A stretch of DNA of 64,000 nt from Phoronis australis (Eukaryota > Animalia > Phoronida): positions 1,657,095 to 1,721,094 of the forward strand of contig NMRA01000013.1 of the NCBI GenBank assembly GCA_002633005.1. Direction: 5' to 3'. This document shows positions 1 to 14,600 of the stretch, in pieces. The notes beneath the pieces are model-generated. The model saw only the letters and a program-made list of their open reading frames with translations, searched no databases and was not told the origin of the DNA. A program made the position numbers and the translations under genes. The first letter of the stretch is position 1, and each line of letters begins with the position of its first letter.

Positions 1-619
1 GTCTCTCATTCAGCCACCTACCTCGTCATCTACAAGACCTACGTTCGTTCTCTTCATTTTTTCCCCACCCCCCATCCCGGGTGTCGGTTCCACTTTCTCT
101 TTGCTCGTATACATTTCCTGTTAGGTTTTTTTCAAGTTTTGTTTTCATGTTCTGTACTTTTCCTTTAAGCCCTTCAGGCAGTTTTTTTTTTGTTTTGTTC
201 CCTCTTGCAGGGCTATTCATTGTACACGCCTGTGGGCGTTTTTTGCATGCCCATCTTGCAGAGTCTTAGTTAGTTTTATCTATTACGTCATAATAAATGA
301 CAATATTCTCAATCCTCCTCTTGTTTTACTCTGCAACATAGCTCGTGGCGTACCCCGGGCAAAATAGATTACGATAAATAATATTTTTGAAAGACTGTTT
401 TCCAAATATCCAGTCATGGGCTTATTTTTGGAAATTCCTGGCATGTTTCTTAATCTTTTTTGTCACATTTGATTCCACTGTGTGTCACTCTGTAGAGCAA
501 CTTCATCGTTCTCTTTTTATACGCCCACATATTTATATGTGGTCGCATATTGTCATCATCTTAATGTCTGGGCATGTGAGCATCTGCCACCTGCTGTATC
601 TCCAACCCCCTCACAAGAT

Positions 620-1435
620 CTTGAGGAGATTTGGCAGATGTATTTTTATGAAGCTGACGACGGATAATAACGAATTTCGGACCTCTTCGACTACCACTGT
701 GCCCCCTTGTGGCACTTTTAGTTTTTTACGCTTACCTCTGTAGAGGTCCTCAACGTATTTTTATAAAATTTGGCAGTTTGGCATCTATTATTGAGATGAT
801 GTCATCTCTCCGTTTTCGGACGTATTTGAGGTTCTTTGTACCACCTATTGGCCGTTTTTACTGTTTTACTGCTAAAAATTTAGCAAGTGTATTTATATGA
901 ACTTGACAACAAACTACGACGACTTTCGGATGGACTGAACTACCACGTGTGTCCCCCTGTGTCAATTTTATTTTTTTTAACAGTCTGTATCTTCAAAGGT
1001 CCTCAACAGATTTTCATAAAATTTGTCAGATAGGCATCTATTAGTGAGTTGATGCTATCCTTTGGTTTTCGGTTTGATTTGTGGTATTTTGCGCCACCTA
1101 TTGGCCATTGTTACTGTTTTTGAGTCTTGTTCTTTGGTGTCTGCCTCTCTGTCAACCAAACCACTCTAAGGATGGTTGTGGAAATTGGCATGTATGTTCC
1201 TAATGTGAAGAGGAAGTCTGATTATGATTTTCCGACGGCTTCATCTACCATGGCGCCTCCTTGTGGCAGTTTTGTTTTTTTGCGCCTATTTTTAGTGGCA
1301 ATTTCATTTTTTCGTTTTTCTCGGATTCTCAAAAGTTTCTTGACAAATTTTTATGAAATTTGGTAAATAGCTTTGATGACACATACCAGTTTTGGAATGG
1401 ATTCGACATATTTTGCGCACTCTAGTGGCCATATT
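620..1435. repeat. Degenerate tandem repeat (~110-160-bp subunits, roughly dimeric) with CTCF-like motifs; probable non-autonomous element interior
   Basis: Recurring 'aaatttggca', 'ggtcctcaac', 'ggcatctatta' and 'ccacctattggcc'/'cccttgtggca' blocks at ~700, 841, 951, 1091, 1253, 1415. Confidence 0.65.
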
Positions 1436-1740
1436 TATGTTCCAAATGAACACCCTAGAAGCACTCGGTTTGTGGGGCATTCGTGGGCGCATTTCAGTGC
1501 TCCTCGTTGCTCTTGTTTCATATTTCAAGGCTATTGTGAAAGCCCACAATTTTTCAAAATGATTGTCTGTTAAAGTTTGAGTACAAAACTTGGAACATGG
1601 AAAAGCGTTTATTTGGTGCTGCACAAAATTCCTCTTGTCCACCAAATAATGTGTCCTAAATTGGTGCAATTTTAGTGCAATTGTCAATTTTTATTTTCCA
1701 TTAAGCTTTTTCTAAGTCCCTATAATCTCCCCAACTTTCC

Positions 1741-2155
1741 AAGAATTGTACGATGACACTTGGCTTACCTCAAAATCCAACTGCTGCCTGCTGTTTTGGT
1801 AATTCGCCCTATTATGTTGCATACTCAGCAGATGGCAAAATTCTACAAAAGTTTTAGGTTGTATAAGTCACATTTCTTTTCCGATTTTCAAAGTTCAAAA
1901 ACCTAACCGCATTTAGTTTTTACAAATTATTCGAATATCTTATTAAAAAGTTTCAAAACCAAAATTTAAAAATGCTATTGTCACCCCCAGTGTGTTTCTA
2001 TGATGTGCCTGTTCTAGTGTTGATAACATGTGCAGCCTGAGGCAGTGTAATTAACTAATATCTTTGATTGTTTCGGCAGATTACGGGGCATGCACACTAG
2101 TCCAGTTGGCCAATCTCAGCTCAGGTGAGGCTGTTGACATAGGATTCTTTTCATG
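1741..2155 (+). repeat. Dispersed repeat family A, copy 1
   Basis: 'gatgacacttggcttac...aaatccaact...cagcctgaggcag...ggattcttttcatgg' is shared with 3775-4210 and, inverted, with 11355-11650. Confidence 0.8.
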
Positions 2156-3774
2156 GAGTCCCTATGGAAGGAACAGGAAAGGGAAAATTGTTTTCAGTGA
2201 TTAAGTGCAGAAAAACATAGAGGAGTCCCATGTTTTACCACATTTTGTGCCATTTTCTTTGACGTTAATTTTTCACTTTGTCTTGTTTTTATTCTTTTCC
2301 CTTAATTTCTGCTCTCTTCTGAATTTTCTGCCTCCAACTTGCTGTTAATCGGTGCCATACTTCCATTTCCTGCAATTGAGGTTCTCAAAGGCAATGTCAG
2401 TTATGAATGGACCATTTTAGTGAAAATATTGCTATTGGTCAATTTGCTCAGGCAATGATCGGTCATCACAATGCCGTGCCAGCTCGGAGGAAATTCATGA
2501 TGCAAATCAGAAATCAGAAATAAACCTTGATGTGACTGAAAATTGGTATGAACAACGAAAAAGTTAAAATGGATTCCCCAAGTATTCAAGCCTATACTCT
2601 TCCAGAAAAGGAAAATTTTAAAAAAAATTTTTCCTTTTCTGGAAAAATGTAAGCATGCATTGTCACCGCCATGCTTCCAACAATTTAAGAACCAAGATAG
2701 CAGTGCCTTCAAACATTATTTTGAATTGCTCCAACAAAAAGTGGAGTCTCAGCGAACAAAATACATTGCCAATGTTTTGATTCTACCTAACTGTCCAATA
2801 CACATCAGTTTCTCTTTCTGTGATTGTTATTTTGACTTCCTACGGACCAGAAATTTTGACCCAACTAATTTCTTCCTGGAAGTTTTGAAGCAAGGGAATG
2901 CTAGAGGATGGTACAATGTGCCCTGTTGTGGAACTTTGTTGTTGAACAATTATCCTACCATCATTATTTCTGTATGCATATCCAGGGGAAAGCCTTGCGT
3001 TTGGATGAAGCACAGTTTGGTGGCTAATTGATAATTACACAGTGGTTTGATGCTGCTTGTGCGGTGTCAGTTTGCAAGTTCATTGTCTACATTTGAACTC
3101 CCGCATACAATCTGGAAAGGGCAAAAATCAGTCTCCAGTTACTTTTGTATTTGCCAAACAAATTATATCTTCATAACATTGTTCCTGAGGGTCCCTTCCC
3201 CTTATTTATAATATTAGTGAAGTATCTTTTTGGTTTTTATTTTATAACCTGTTCCCGAGGCCAAATGTGACCTTTTAAAGCGAATCTTGTTCACAATTGG
3301 GAAAAGAAACCAGCTGTATAGATCACGAACAAGACTGAGATTGTCGAGGGAATTAGCTGATAAATAATGAAATCTAGTGTTATCAGTTGGGTAGTTTTTG
3401 AAAATTGTATTTTAAGTAATCCTCATCACCGACCGTTGTCAGCATTGCTGTTCTCGAATGCCTTCGACATATTTTCACTATCAACATTCACTCCCCATTA
3501 ATTCTTGCCAAGTGCAATGAGGGTTGAAATAGTTGGTGCAATGTGCTCTTGATAGGCTGTCCATTACAAAAACCTGCTGTTTGGTTTCATCTCCAGAAAC
3601 TAGTAACCAAATCGAGTCTGAATCAAAGTATCAATCTAGTCCATTGTGAAGCGGACTGATGCAGTGTTTTGTACGATATCACGACAGGCAGACCAATTAT
3701 CTACCTCGGTTCAACGAATTACGGAAACCAACTGAATAACTTTCATCAGGGAATTGAAACTTATTGTAGGTGCG

Positions 3775-4210
3775 AAGAACTGTATGATGACACTTGGCTT
3801 ACTTCGAAATCCAACTTTGTTGGTGGTTTGGTAATTGGCCCAGTTGTGTTGCACACCCAACAAAATTAATGAAAAACACAATATGGCACGTTTTAGGTTG
3901 TAAAAGTCACATTTCTTGTCCGATTTTTAAAATTCAAGAACTCAATCATTTTATTTTTTACGATCTGTTCAAATGTTTTATTTAAAAACTTTTAAATTTT
4001 TGAAAATACCATTGCTGCCCCAGTGTATTCATTATGGGTATAATTATCTAAGGAACGATAAAACAGCAGCCTGAGGCAGGGTGACGTAATTGCCTACAAC
4101 TGCATGGTGTCTTTGATCTTTGCAGCAGATTCTGCGGTACGCAAACTGGCCAACCGCAGTTGCCCAATCTCGACCAGTGAGGGTGTCTGAACGTAGGATT
4201 CTTTTCATGG
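3775..4210 (+). repeat. Dispersed repeat family A, copy 2
   Basis: Colinear similarity to 1741-2155, ending in the same 'taggattcttttcatgg'. Confidence 0.8.
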
Positions 4211-7200
4211 TCTACTTTAAATAACTTTTCTCTTAGTTCCTTGGCTACAAATGACAGTATGCAATGTAAGTTTTTACCAGGAATCCAATTTCAAAAGTCA
4301 AAAGCCATTTTGGTCCACAATATATCAATTGATTGTAGAAAATATTTTACTGGTGTAAAATCATCCTTATCACAGGAAGTGCTCTAGTCTACAAAAAAGG
4401 ACCTTAGACTGACGTTTCTTATAAACTGTGCCCGGGCAAGACTTCTTGGTTACAATGTTTCTTGTAAAAATCTATCGATGAGGTGCACGGCAAGCCGAGT
4501 TTCTCATGCTGCACGATGTCACTCGTGCTAGTCGTAACGGAGAGTGAGCAGTCCAACCATGCCAGTTCTTTGTTGCCATGGGTGGTAGGATTACAAGCTA
4601 GTGCTCAATTAGTGTACTTCTGCAGTGGAAGCTTATTGTTCTGGGTTGATGGGCATATCTTGTTCCAGTGCTCCTTTGTGTGCTATAGCTAATTGTAGTC
4701 TGAACAACATAGCCAGAAGTTAATGTAACCAAATGCAAAGCTGGGGGGTTGTTCAGTCCTGCATTTTTTAAACTCATTTTTAATACAAAAGGTGCAGCTT
4801 TGCAGTTACTATAAACAGCAATTTGATGTTGTGCACTTCTCATGATAATAAGGAGTGGGAACCAATGCTCAGTGATAACTGGAACAGAAGCAAATTGAAA
4901 AATTTCTGCACAACTGCATCAATAATGAAGTGTAGCAACACACTTTTACCTTTAAGGTTATCCAATCTAATATTATTCTGGTATATCAGCTCCTTGAACT
5001 ATCTTTGAATCATGATGGCTTGGTTTCCCAAGCAAAGATGGGATAACACCACATGGTCTTTTGATTGTAAATATCGGACAATCCAGTTGGACTTTTCGTC
5101 GAGAACGGGTTAGTTCAGTTGCCATCAACTAGGAAATATGGAACAACTTGCCTTGTGGGTATATCCTGGGATAAATATTTTGTAGTCTCACGGGGTAAGC
5201 TCTGGGTGAAAGTTGTTGCATCCAGTGTGATTAATGTTGGCATGGTAAAATTTCAGCAAGTAGGGACAGAATATGGCAGATGAGTGACCCGTTTCCATAA
5301 GTTTTTTGCAGTATAAAATATTGATGGATGCACCAGTAAACAACACAGTAGCAGTGGACACATGATGAGAAGACTGAAGGTCACCCCAGCCTCTCTTTGA
5401 AAGTCACTTGAGGAATAACTTAATGTAACTTTCAGAGCATTTTTACACAGTATACCTAATCTGTGCTTACCACTATCTAACACCTGTAGCCTTGACCAAA
5501 AACTTCTCCAGAACTTTTGATAATTTGAATAAATGTTTTATCATTTTTAACTTTTATATATCAATCAGATAATGTTTTGAGGAACAGAACTAGCAACAAT
5601 ATTAGAAGATATTGATTAATGGAAAAACTGACAAATTTGGCAATCTTTTTGTTTGATATTTCAAAGGGTGACATTTCACTATATGTCAACACTCACAATT
5701 TAGACTTTCAAAGCAATTTCATGGAGCATAATGCAAAATGACTGTGATGCTAACATCAGGCACTTCTCTAGTGGATTATAAACTGAACATGCTCATGTGG
5801 AAACGATGACTTGTTTTGTTAAGCTACTCTTTCTCAGTACCATGAGCTTAATTACGAGTCATGTCAGCCACCAATCAACGACTTGCTGTTTGCTTTGGAC
5901 TTTCAACTGGCCTCACGGAGTAGCGTCATTTACTCTAGATGTTTAATACACTACATTGGGTTATGGTCTTATTGGCGCATTAATTCTTATTTATTATGTT
6001 GGCATTTAATCAGTGATGGCTTTCATTAATTCCTGCCTTCTCCATTCCACATCAATCTGGATTGTGTCCCCTTGGAGACTCCCATATTCATTTTCCAAGA
6101 ATGAACCCCCAGGACCCCCTGACTGGTGTGGGCCAGTCCCTATTGATTAATGATAGTTTAACATTAGTCCTTGGTGCATCCTTGTGACATGTAATCTTGA
6201 GCAAATTTACTTATGACCTCAGATAGCTATGCACACATTGGTACTTTTTATCACAACTGAAAATTAAAAACAAGTCTGCCCCATGGAGCGAAATAGTCCT
6301 TTTATCTCTGTTGCGTAACCCCAATGGTACTTTCGTATGGAGGTGGATGAAGTTCATTGAAGTTCAGTGTTAACCAATATCTGTTTATCAGCTGATAAAG
6401 TTGTAGCCTGTAGTAAAATGTGCTTAAATCACCATGTTGGCCTATATTTCGCAATCCTTTTATGAGTTACTCATCCTTGAATACCATTGAAAGCCCATTC
6501 ATAAATCTCAGTGTGTCCTTCTGATTGGCTGGTTTTATTTGACAAGTAAATGGTTCACTTCCTGGCAGAGTTTCCAACCAGTTGGGTTACTACTGGATTA
6601 TGTGTGTCCTACATTTCATGTGAAGTTGTAAAGCATGATTGTCGATATTGGTAGTGATAAAAGAAAATCGTGATAATAAAATCTGAAGTAAAAGAATAGT
6701 AATTTTGATATTAATTCTAGTTGCTTATGAAAATTATGAGTGTCAATCATGTTAAACATTGGATTTCAGCCTGTAGGCCTATCATAGCGGTCTCAACAAC
6801 AAAAATCAACTTGGGTGTTGTTACGTCTCATTTAATCATCTCCTAATATGGTAAAATATCACCAGCATTAACTTACTCATAAACTGTGAACAAAATCCCA
6901 CAGATGCTATTTGCATTTAGGCGGGACCTGATTGTCATAGCGGCCCCTCAAATCCCTGACATACACCATAAGTAGACTGTTTATTGAAGTTTTTACCTTA
7001 GGCAAACATTTCCTGTCCAGGGTTATGCTGAAAGTGGACTGTTACTTTGTGAATGTTTCAACTCATCAGAATGAGTAAAGTTGTTAAGTTCCAAGTTATT
7101 TAAGTTACTTTTGACACAATGTCAAACAGTGGCATTATTCAATTTGTGATTGGAAACTCCTTGTTCCACTGAGTCTGAAAGTGTTTCCACTGAGGATTGT

Positions 7201-9789
7201 GAAGTTTTATTACACTTGCATGTAGTGAATTTATGGTCTGCACTGTATACTACTGGGAACCCCCCCCCCCCCATGAAATGCCCATTGAGTTAAAAAAACA
7301 AACACAGTGTGGGTGAACTAACCTAAAATTAAAAAGCACAGTTTATGCAAAAGACCGCTGTTATTTTCACATCAGCTGAGGCTATCATTTTCCGTTTACA
7401 CGGTCCTCTTTTCTAAATAAACGCCGGGGCGTCTTATTTGAAAGGCCTGAATATTCTCATTTTCGGAAGATACGCCCATGGGCTTATTTATGGAAAATCC
7501 CGTTCTCAGTCCAGGTTCAAACAAGAATGATTGCCAAAATTGCTGATTTTTCTTTATTGAAAGTCCCTGCATGCATAGGTCAGACTTGTTGTTAGATATT
7601 GGTCACTATCAGTTGTACTCCATAAATAACAATAAAGACCTAAATTCAGGAATTTTTACCTTAAAAATTTCTACCTGCTTTTTGATGTTAGAATTTTTGA
7701 TATAAAGTCACCTCCTTGTACTGAACTTAGTTGAAATTAAAATCATCCCTGTTAAGGAGAGGGTTGTTTTTCAAAGAAACTTGTCTATCTGGTTTATTCC
7801 AACGGTCTTTTTTGTCCAGCATCATCCACTATCACCTTCCATGCTGGAAGCAGTTACAACTGGAGTCATTGCACAACTGAATCATTGTGTAATGTGGTTA
7901 CTGTAAAGTTACTCTCTTCACAAAAGGAACTTAGATTAGCGTTGGTGATAGTACACTGGGATGCCTGCACTGGTTCTTGTGACCTGTCTATGAAGGAATT
8001 ACAAGGCACCTGAACCCGACCCCCCAATTTTTCTAATGGGTCTTACTATGTGCCAGTGTCAGTAGGTGGGCAAAACCTCATGTCCAGTTATTTATTCACA
8101 AATTGAATGCTGAATCTAGTTTTGGGCAGATCTGAGTAGATTTAGAGCTTCCTGTTTTGTCCTGACGAGACTGATAGCATCTAGAATAGTTTCACTGCAC
8201 CCCTAGTTTCGAATCCCTCACAAGTATTTCAAGAATGTGATAACACCTTCAGTGGTCTCTCAGGTTCATGTGACAGGATGTGACTCCTGCTGAGCCATTA
8301 ACTAGGTCGTGCGCTTGGCTTGGTTGTTGCATTCAGAGCTGTTCTTTTGTTGTCAAAAATGAAAATATGTCTGTCTTAAAACTTCGATCCTGTAGTATGA
8401 AATATTTGATTTTGGTGGATCAGTATCAATCACAAGTTTTATGACACCTGTTCCAGTGAAAAATTTTGTTTCAAAGTGATACAAATGTACAACAATATTA
8501 TTTCTCTTTTACACCTGATTGCATGGCTATTTGTTTGAGATTTTCAATGCGCAGCATGTTTAATTCTAGAAACTTAATGCTGAACATTTTCCTTTAACAA
8601 TGTTTTTCCGTTTCAGTTTCAATGCTTTCAGGTCCACAATAGGTGTCAGGATATTAGGTTAGGTAATTGACAATTAATTGACAGTATTACTGGTTTAATT
8701 TTTTAATGTGTTTACTGTAAAGTTGCCGGAAGCTTACACTGTATGAGTGGGCGTCGGAGCGTTAATAAATTGGCAAGTCACGTGATCTGTGTGGCGTCTT
8801 ATCACAACTGGTGTCTGGTATTGTCCGATACAAGTTTTTTGTTGACATAATTTAAGACGATTAATAAAAGAGTCTATGTTTGCCAAGATGGACCCGATGT
8901 AGAGCGAGCAGGGTATTTTTATGAGACCCGTGTTTGATATTTTGTTGTATGACTATTTGTTGTATTAATGAAGGCGGGTATTTTTATGACGTTTTGCGCC
9001 AGGTGAACAAGCAAACTATAGAATAACTTTATAAATATTACAACATTATGTTCCAATGAATGTTCTAAGTCAATAGTATGGGCGATCCCACAGTATTTGT
9101 CTCCTCCGTTGCAAGAAAAAAATATTGAGTAATTAAGTATCAATTGGTCTAGTTCAGTGTATAGTTTTTGTCGCTTTATGGTGAAGATATGACAGTCTGA
9201 CCTCTTGGTGGAGTTTAATAAAAATGATTGCTACTGTATTTTTCTGTGTTATGGATTGGGGAGGAGACAAATAGTCTGTGGAATCGCGTGTGTGCTCTTA
9301 ACTGCTTTTGTGGCCTAAATTGACCCTGAACTTTGTGACACAAAGTTGAACTGAATATGTGTTCAGTTATATTTTAAATTTTGTATTGCCCGTGAGTGCT
9401 GCTCCCGCAACATTTATTCATGCTGTACAAAAATTTGAATGCCAAGACTGTTGTGTTTCTGACTACGGTGCTGTGCGCAGTGGAAACTTTACCATAAGTC
9501 GTATTGTTTCGTAGTACAAACCAAGGTAATAACGGGTTGAAATTTTTAAAACTATTTTTTGAGAAAATAAACGAAATGAATGCCCACCTCATATTTTGTG
9601 TACAGTAGGGTAAAATGACTGTATCCGGGTGAGTGCATACAGTGTACCATGATTTTCAGTATAGCTCTTGAACTCTTTTAGTATCATGATGAAGAATTGA
9701 AATCTGTGTAATAATTGTGTTGATATTTGGTGAATTGCATTGTTTTCACTGTGCTCCTTCACACTCCCATTCAGGTAAGACCAAAAAAG

Positions 9790-11070
9790 AAAGTTGGCTT
9801 TACGGCGGGGTCTCTGCTTTGTTTTGGACAATTGAATAAGTGGTGCAGTATTTTTTAGTGGCTCACATCTATCTCAATGAGGTGAACGAAAATGATGCGG
9901 GATTTTTTTCTTAATCATCTCTTGGCAAATCAAACCTCGATTATGTGGCTTTGTGGAGCTTTTCAAATAAAACCAAGACTTTGGTTGAAGCTGATATGGG
10001 CAAGTAGTTTTTCTTCCATTCATTATTGAGTCAATGAGCCCCTATCTCAAAGTGAGTCTGGGTTAGAGAGCTGAACCAGCAATGGTTTTTTGGCCTATTA
10101 TGAATTTTCCTGGAAATTGCTTATTGTATCCTGTTCTTGCATTTTATCTGTGATGTACACGGGGCATAAAAATATGTTCACATGAATGTATGTAACTGTG
10201 TTGAAATATTAGATGTGCGAGGTTTATTTCCATGGCCTTGTAAAGATACTAGTGTACACAAACTGTTCTTTCCCCCTACACAGTGTTTGAGTACCTGTAA
10301 ACTGAGTGATCAGCAATATGACTACCTAAAGGCAGCCTAGCCTGAAATCACCTACCTGTCAAAGAAAATGTACTATTAGGGTACTTTGAATGGTGGCTAA
10401 AATAACAACTTTACATAATCCTCTGCAACCTTGATTATAGGTAGTGGTATGTCATTAGGGTTTAACTGTATTCATCACCTGGCAGAATAAGCACTACACA
10501 CAGAACAGCTCTCAATGTTGAGATTGTTAATATAAGACATAGTGAGGGAGCCCCTGGGGACACCCAGTTAGGGTATCTTATTGCAAAGTTTCCTGTCTCC
10601 TATACAGTTGCAGCATGAAGTATCTAATGCCAAAATGAAGTCGTAAAGCCCTGAGGACCTTAGCACAGGGTGTTTTTAAAATGAACCTGATTTGAAATTG
10701 ATTTATTTTGGCAATGCGAATTATTGTATCAGTTCTGCCTGCAGGTGAGAAGTGCAAAATAGATCTTTATAAGACAAAAAAGCAAGGCCGATCCTGGTCA
10801 TTTTGAGACTTGAAATCACATGGACCGACATGACTAAAAAATGTCTACTCCTATCAATTTCAGTCAAGGTTTTGCATTTTTTATGGAAGAGCTACACAAA
10901 GGCATGTAAACGAGAGTAAGCAAGGTTTGAAATGTCATAATTTACCAAGTGGTGAATAAAAAATCCCACGTCGTTTTTGCTCGTCTTTTCATGTTTGCAA
11001 AAGTGAGCCACTAAAATACACCGCATCGACTACATTTCAAAATAGAGAAGACCAGAGCCGCTTATATTTT
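9790..11070. mobile_element. Foldback/TIR-type element relic with ~110-bp diverged inverted arms
   Basis: 'tttagtggctcac...cgaaaatgatgcgggatttt' (~9855-9905) is complementary to 'aaaatcccacgtcgtttt...gtgagccactaaa' (~10960-11015). Confidence 0.55.
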
Positions 11071-11180
11071 TTGCCTTGCTACTCGTTGCACCCGAGACGC
11101 ACACACTGCTAATGACTGGTCAAATTGAGTGGCAAGACTCAAGGTTGAACAAATCGAGTTAGCGTGAACAGAATCCTACA

Positions 11181-11270
11181 TTGACACCCCAACCTTTGAC
11201 ACCGTAACCTTTGACACCGTAACCTTTGACATCCTAACCTTTGACACCCTAACCTTTGACACCCTAACCG
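11181..11270. repeat. 15-bp minisatellite, 6 copies (ttgacaccctaacct consensus)
   Basis: Units read directly: ttgacaccccaacct, ttgacaccgtaacct x2, ttgacatcctaacct, ttgacaccctaacct, ttgacaccctaaccg. Confidence 0.95.
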
Positions 11271-11354
11271 GTGGAGATTTAGGGCAACTCAACCGGTATG
11301 CATAGTCCTCGGAAATTTCCCAGTTTACATCAAAGACACCGGTGCTTTTGCGGT

Positions 11355-11650
11355 TAATTAAATCACCTCAGGCTGCTGATGTTATCATTTTCTGGGTAAT
11401 TAGACTCTTCATAAACGCATTTGGGGCACAATAGTATTTTTAAATTTTGGTTTTGAAAGTTTGTAAATGGCTATTGGAATAGTTTGGCAGCATGTGATTA
11501 ACATTGACTTTTACAACCTAAAATGTTTTAATTTTGCTATACTATGTTCCTCATTAATTCTGGGTGTGCAACATAATTGGGCTAATTGCCAAATCACCAG
11601 GCAGCAGTTGGATTTTGAGGTAAGACAAGTATCATGATTGTATAATTCTT
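11355..11650 (-). repeat. Dispersed repeat family A, copy 3 (inverted, partial)
   Basis: 'cctcaggctgc...gcagcagttggattttgaggtaag...aattctt' is the reverse complement of the copy 1 core. Confidence 0.75.
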
Positions 11651-14600
11651 GGCATGCACCGGTGGATTCAGAAGGAATCAGTGGACTCTGTTTTGTCCAG
11701 GTACACTTAGCATGTCTACTCGCATCTAATTCTTTAATCAGAAAACAGTTAGTGTTCCAATGCAGAGCATGTAAAAATATGTTTTTAGAAATAATTTAAA
11801 TTTTTTAAATTTCTTGCAGTATCTGGTATAACAGCGAGGGCTGCATTTCGCCCTGTTCACCAACTTTACTGTGTTGAGTTGATGATGGTTTTGATGTCAT
11901 TGTTGGGAATGGAAATAAAATCCTATCGTGGTGGTTATTATTATTATTAGACCGATTTTATGAGAGTGAATTGGGCCTAATTTGGTTTTCATTTGTGCCA
12001 GTGTAATATCGAGAAATGCAGCTTTAGTTTTAACTAACTTCCCAATAAAATTTCCAATGATCAGTGGGTTAGTATGTACTGACTGAGAACATTTTCATTT
12101 TTGGTAATTTTTGCGGAGGCAGTAACTATTTTGCAGTTAAAAAGTTCTTACAATTTGAAAGTTAATCATGGTTCAAATCAATAACTCAGAGTAAACTTGA
12201 TCCATTTGTGATTTGAAGCACCCTGTATTTTTTTATTTGGTATGTTTTTTCCTGATCATAACAGTTTGCATGTGAGTTGTTTGCTCTGATCCAGCAGGTG
12301 CTTTCAACCAAAATAACATTAAAAGTTCTTCAGTTAGCTGTATGTCACAGATACCATTGCCTGTTTCTCCCTGCCGATGTTCAGCCTTTTGCCAAACATT
12401 GTTGGATGACATCTTCCACTCTGTGCATTCAAGCCAACTGACAGATTTTATTTTGTTGAGAAATTTTAAAAACAAATCTTTGCATTTTTGGCATGCTGTA
12501 CCCTACTTCAGTTGAACTAGAATATTTACCATTATACATCAAAATCTCACCAATTTATTATACAATATGACAGACAAATGAAATTTGCTTTTTATAAAGG
12601 ATAATTAGCAGCAAATAAGTACTTAACCATTTATGAGTTTGATAACATAGCCAACACATCTGACAGTGCTGAGAAATTCTGGGCATTCCTAATGATGTTT
12701 GAAGGTCTTTAAAATTAATATGAAAATATGATCAAATTTGGAAATTGTTTTTGTGTAAAATTAATAAGATTTTACCATTCTTTTGGAAGACCCCAGTTCA
12801 TCAGATTGAAATGAAGACTGATGTAAATGTTTGCGGAACCCAATAATTTTGGGTCAGTAAGATTAAATTAAATTAAATTAACGTTTGAATTAAAATTGAT
12901 GAACCGTCAAATATGTGCATTGGGTGGCAAGTATTTGCCATTGTGCAACGGAGTAATACCTTTCTGTGAAATACTACACGGACGATACTAATAAAGCAGC
13001 TTTAAGACAGCCCTTCAGAAAAAGACTCTATAGCATTTGACACTGTAAATGAAACAAAACTACACTGCAATTATAACCACAAAATGTAGGTACAGTAACC
13101 GAGATGGATTAACAGATGATATGTACAATACGATAAACGAAATAATAGACTTAATAGACTACAGGAACAATTATTAAAGTATTTCGCAGTGTTTAAGGCT
13201 AATTCGAAAACTTGTTGAACAAAAAATATGTTTTGAGACTGAGACTTGAAAATACTGAGTGGTTCATGGGTATTGCCTTGGGATGTATTGGCAGAGAATT
13301 CTAAAGGTTGCACAACCAAGTTGGATATTGACTCATAAACTTATTTAAGGTTATGTAAGACCCAGGAAAAGTGTTTGGCATACTTAGGAACATCATATTT
13401 CAGAGATGTCAGATCGGATTCATTTGAAAGTTTTAGACACCGTGCTTTATGCAATGTTCTTCAAAATGAACGGTGTAAGGAATAGTTTTGTATCTATTCC
13501 TCTAAAGCTTAATTGCATGACAATGGGTATTTTATGAATAAACTCAAAACTTGAGCAAAATGAAACTGGGATCATAATTTTGAAAATAGTAACAGCGTTT
13601 TTGAGATTTAATCTTGAACTATCAAATGGAATTTATTCACATTCTTGATACGTTGCTTTGCTATCAATGTATTTTTGTTTATTCTAAATTTGATTAAAAA
13701 CACATGAACTCCTGATCCAATTGGTGACTGGCTTTCTACTTTCCAAAAACAAATACTTTTGTTGGGTTAAAATCTGTAGTTTTCTGCTGTTTTGGCTAAA
13801 TGTAGGGACTGGACAATAAGGTCTCAATAAATACAGTTGGGACTCTTTTAATGAGACCTGCTTTAGCCCAAACTTCTCGGGCAATTTATTTTTATGCCCG
13901 AGTTTCACGTACTGTAGGGCCAAACAATATGCAGGCTGGGATGTTGATTTCCTGTACAAAAAAGCCGTCTTTAGGTGCAGCACTATTAACAATGCAATTT
14001 TGCATGTCAAAATGCTAAAATTAATCCCCAACTTTCTTCATTACAAGTCAGGCGGATCTCCACCATTCAATCAAATTTTTTGCCAGTCACGCACTCCCTC
14101 ATTATACATTATCCCTGTTTTTCTTGATTACCTGGCCTCATGATGTGCGTGGGTGTTTTCCTGTGTCATTCATTATACCTGGTCGGGTACCTGGCAGTAA
14201 CTGGGTCAGCGATTAAGATTCGGTGTTTCAATTGGGTTATCAGATGTTGTGCAATCGCTTTTACCTGTCATCAAAACAGGATTTCTCAAAGTGCACCTGA
14301 CCGTCTCTTGAGTGTGCAGCAATATGTTCTACCTTTGGCTGAAGTAGTCAGTTGTGACAGCATACTCTTAGATGATATCCCATTACTCGTCTATTTGTGG
14401 GCACGTCAAACCCTGGGGTTGTTTTCCCCTTTCCCAGTTTATGCCAGGCACCAGTTTTAACTGAAAAGTTGAAGAGAAATTTTTTTGGCAATTAACGAGA
14501 AATTTAAGGAAGAAGCAATCTCGTTAAATTTTGGAATTAATGCCCGGTACAGTAAAATTTCACGAATTTAGGACACACTATGGCAGACAAGGGAAATTTA

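Noticed and set aside
2400-5500. Protein-coding gene from ORFs at 2401-3031 and 4483-5483
   Set aside because: Multiple stops in all frames and no family motif; at most unassignable decayed TE sequence.
7050-7072. Second hammerhead core (CTGATGA-GTT-GAAAC on - strand)
   Set aside because: No stem II and no closing stem I; likely chance.
11181-11270. CRISPR array or telomerase RNA template
   Set aside because: Units are contiguous with no unique spacers and no cas genes; the CCCTAACC is part of a 15-bp tandem unit, with no recognisable pseudoknot or H/ACA context.
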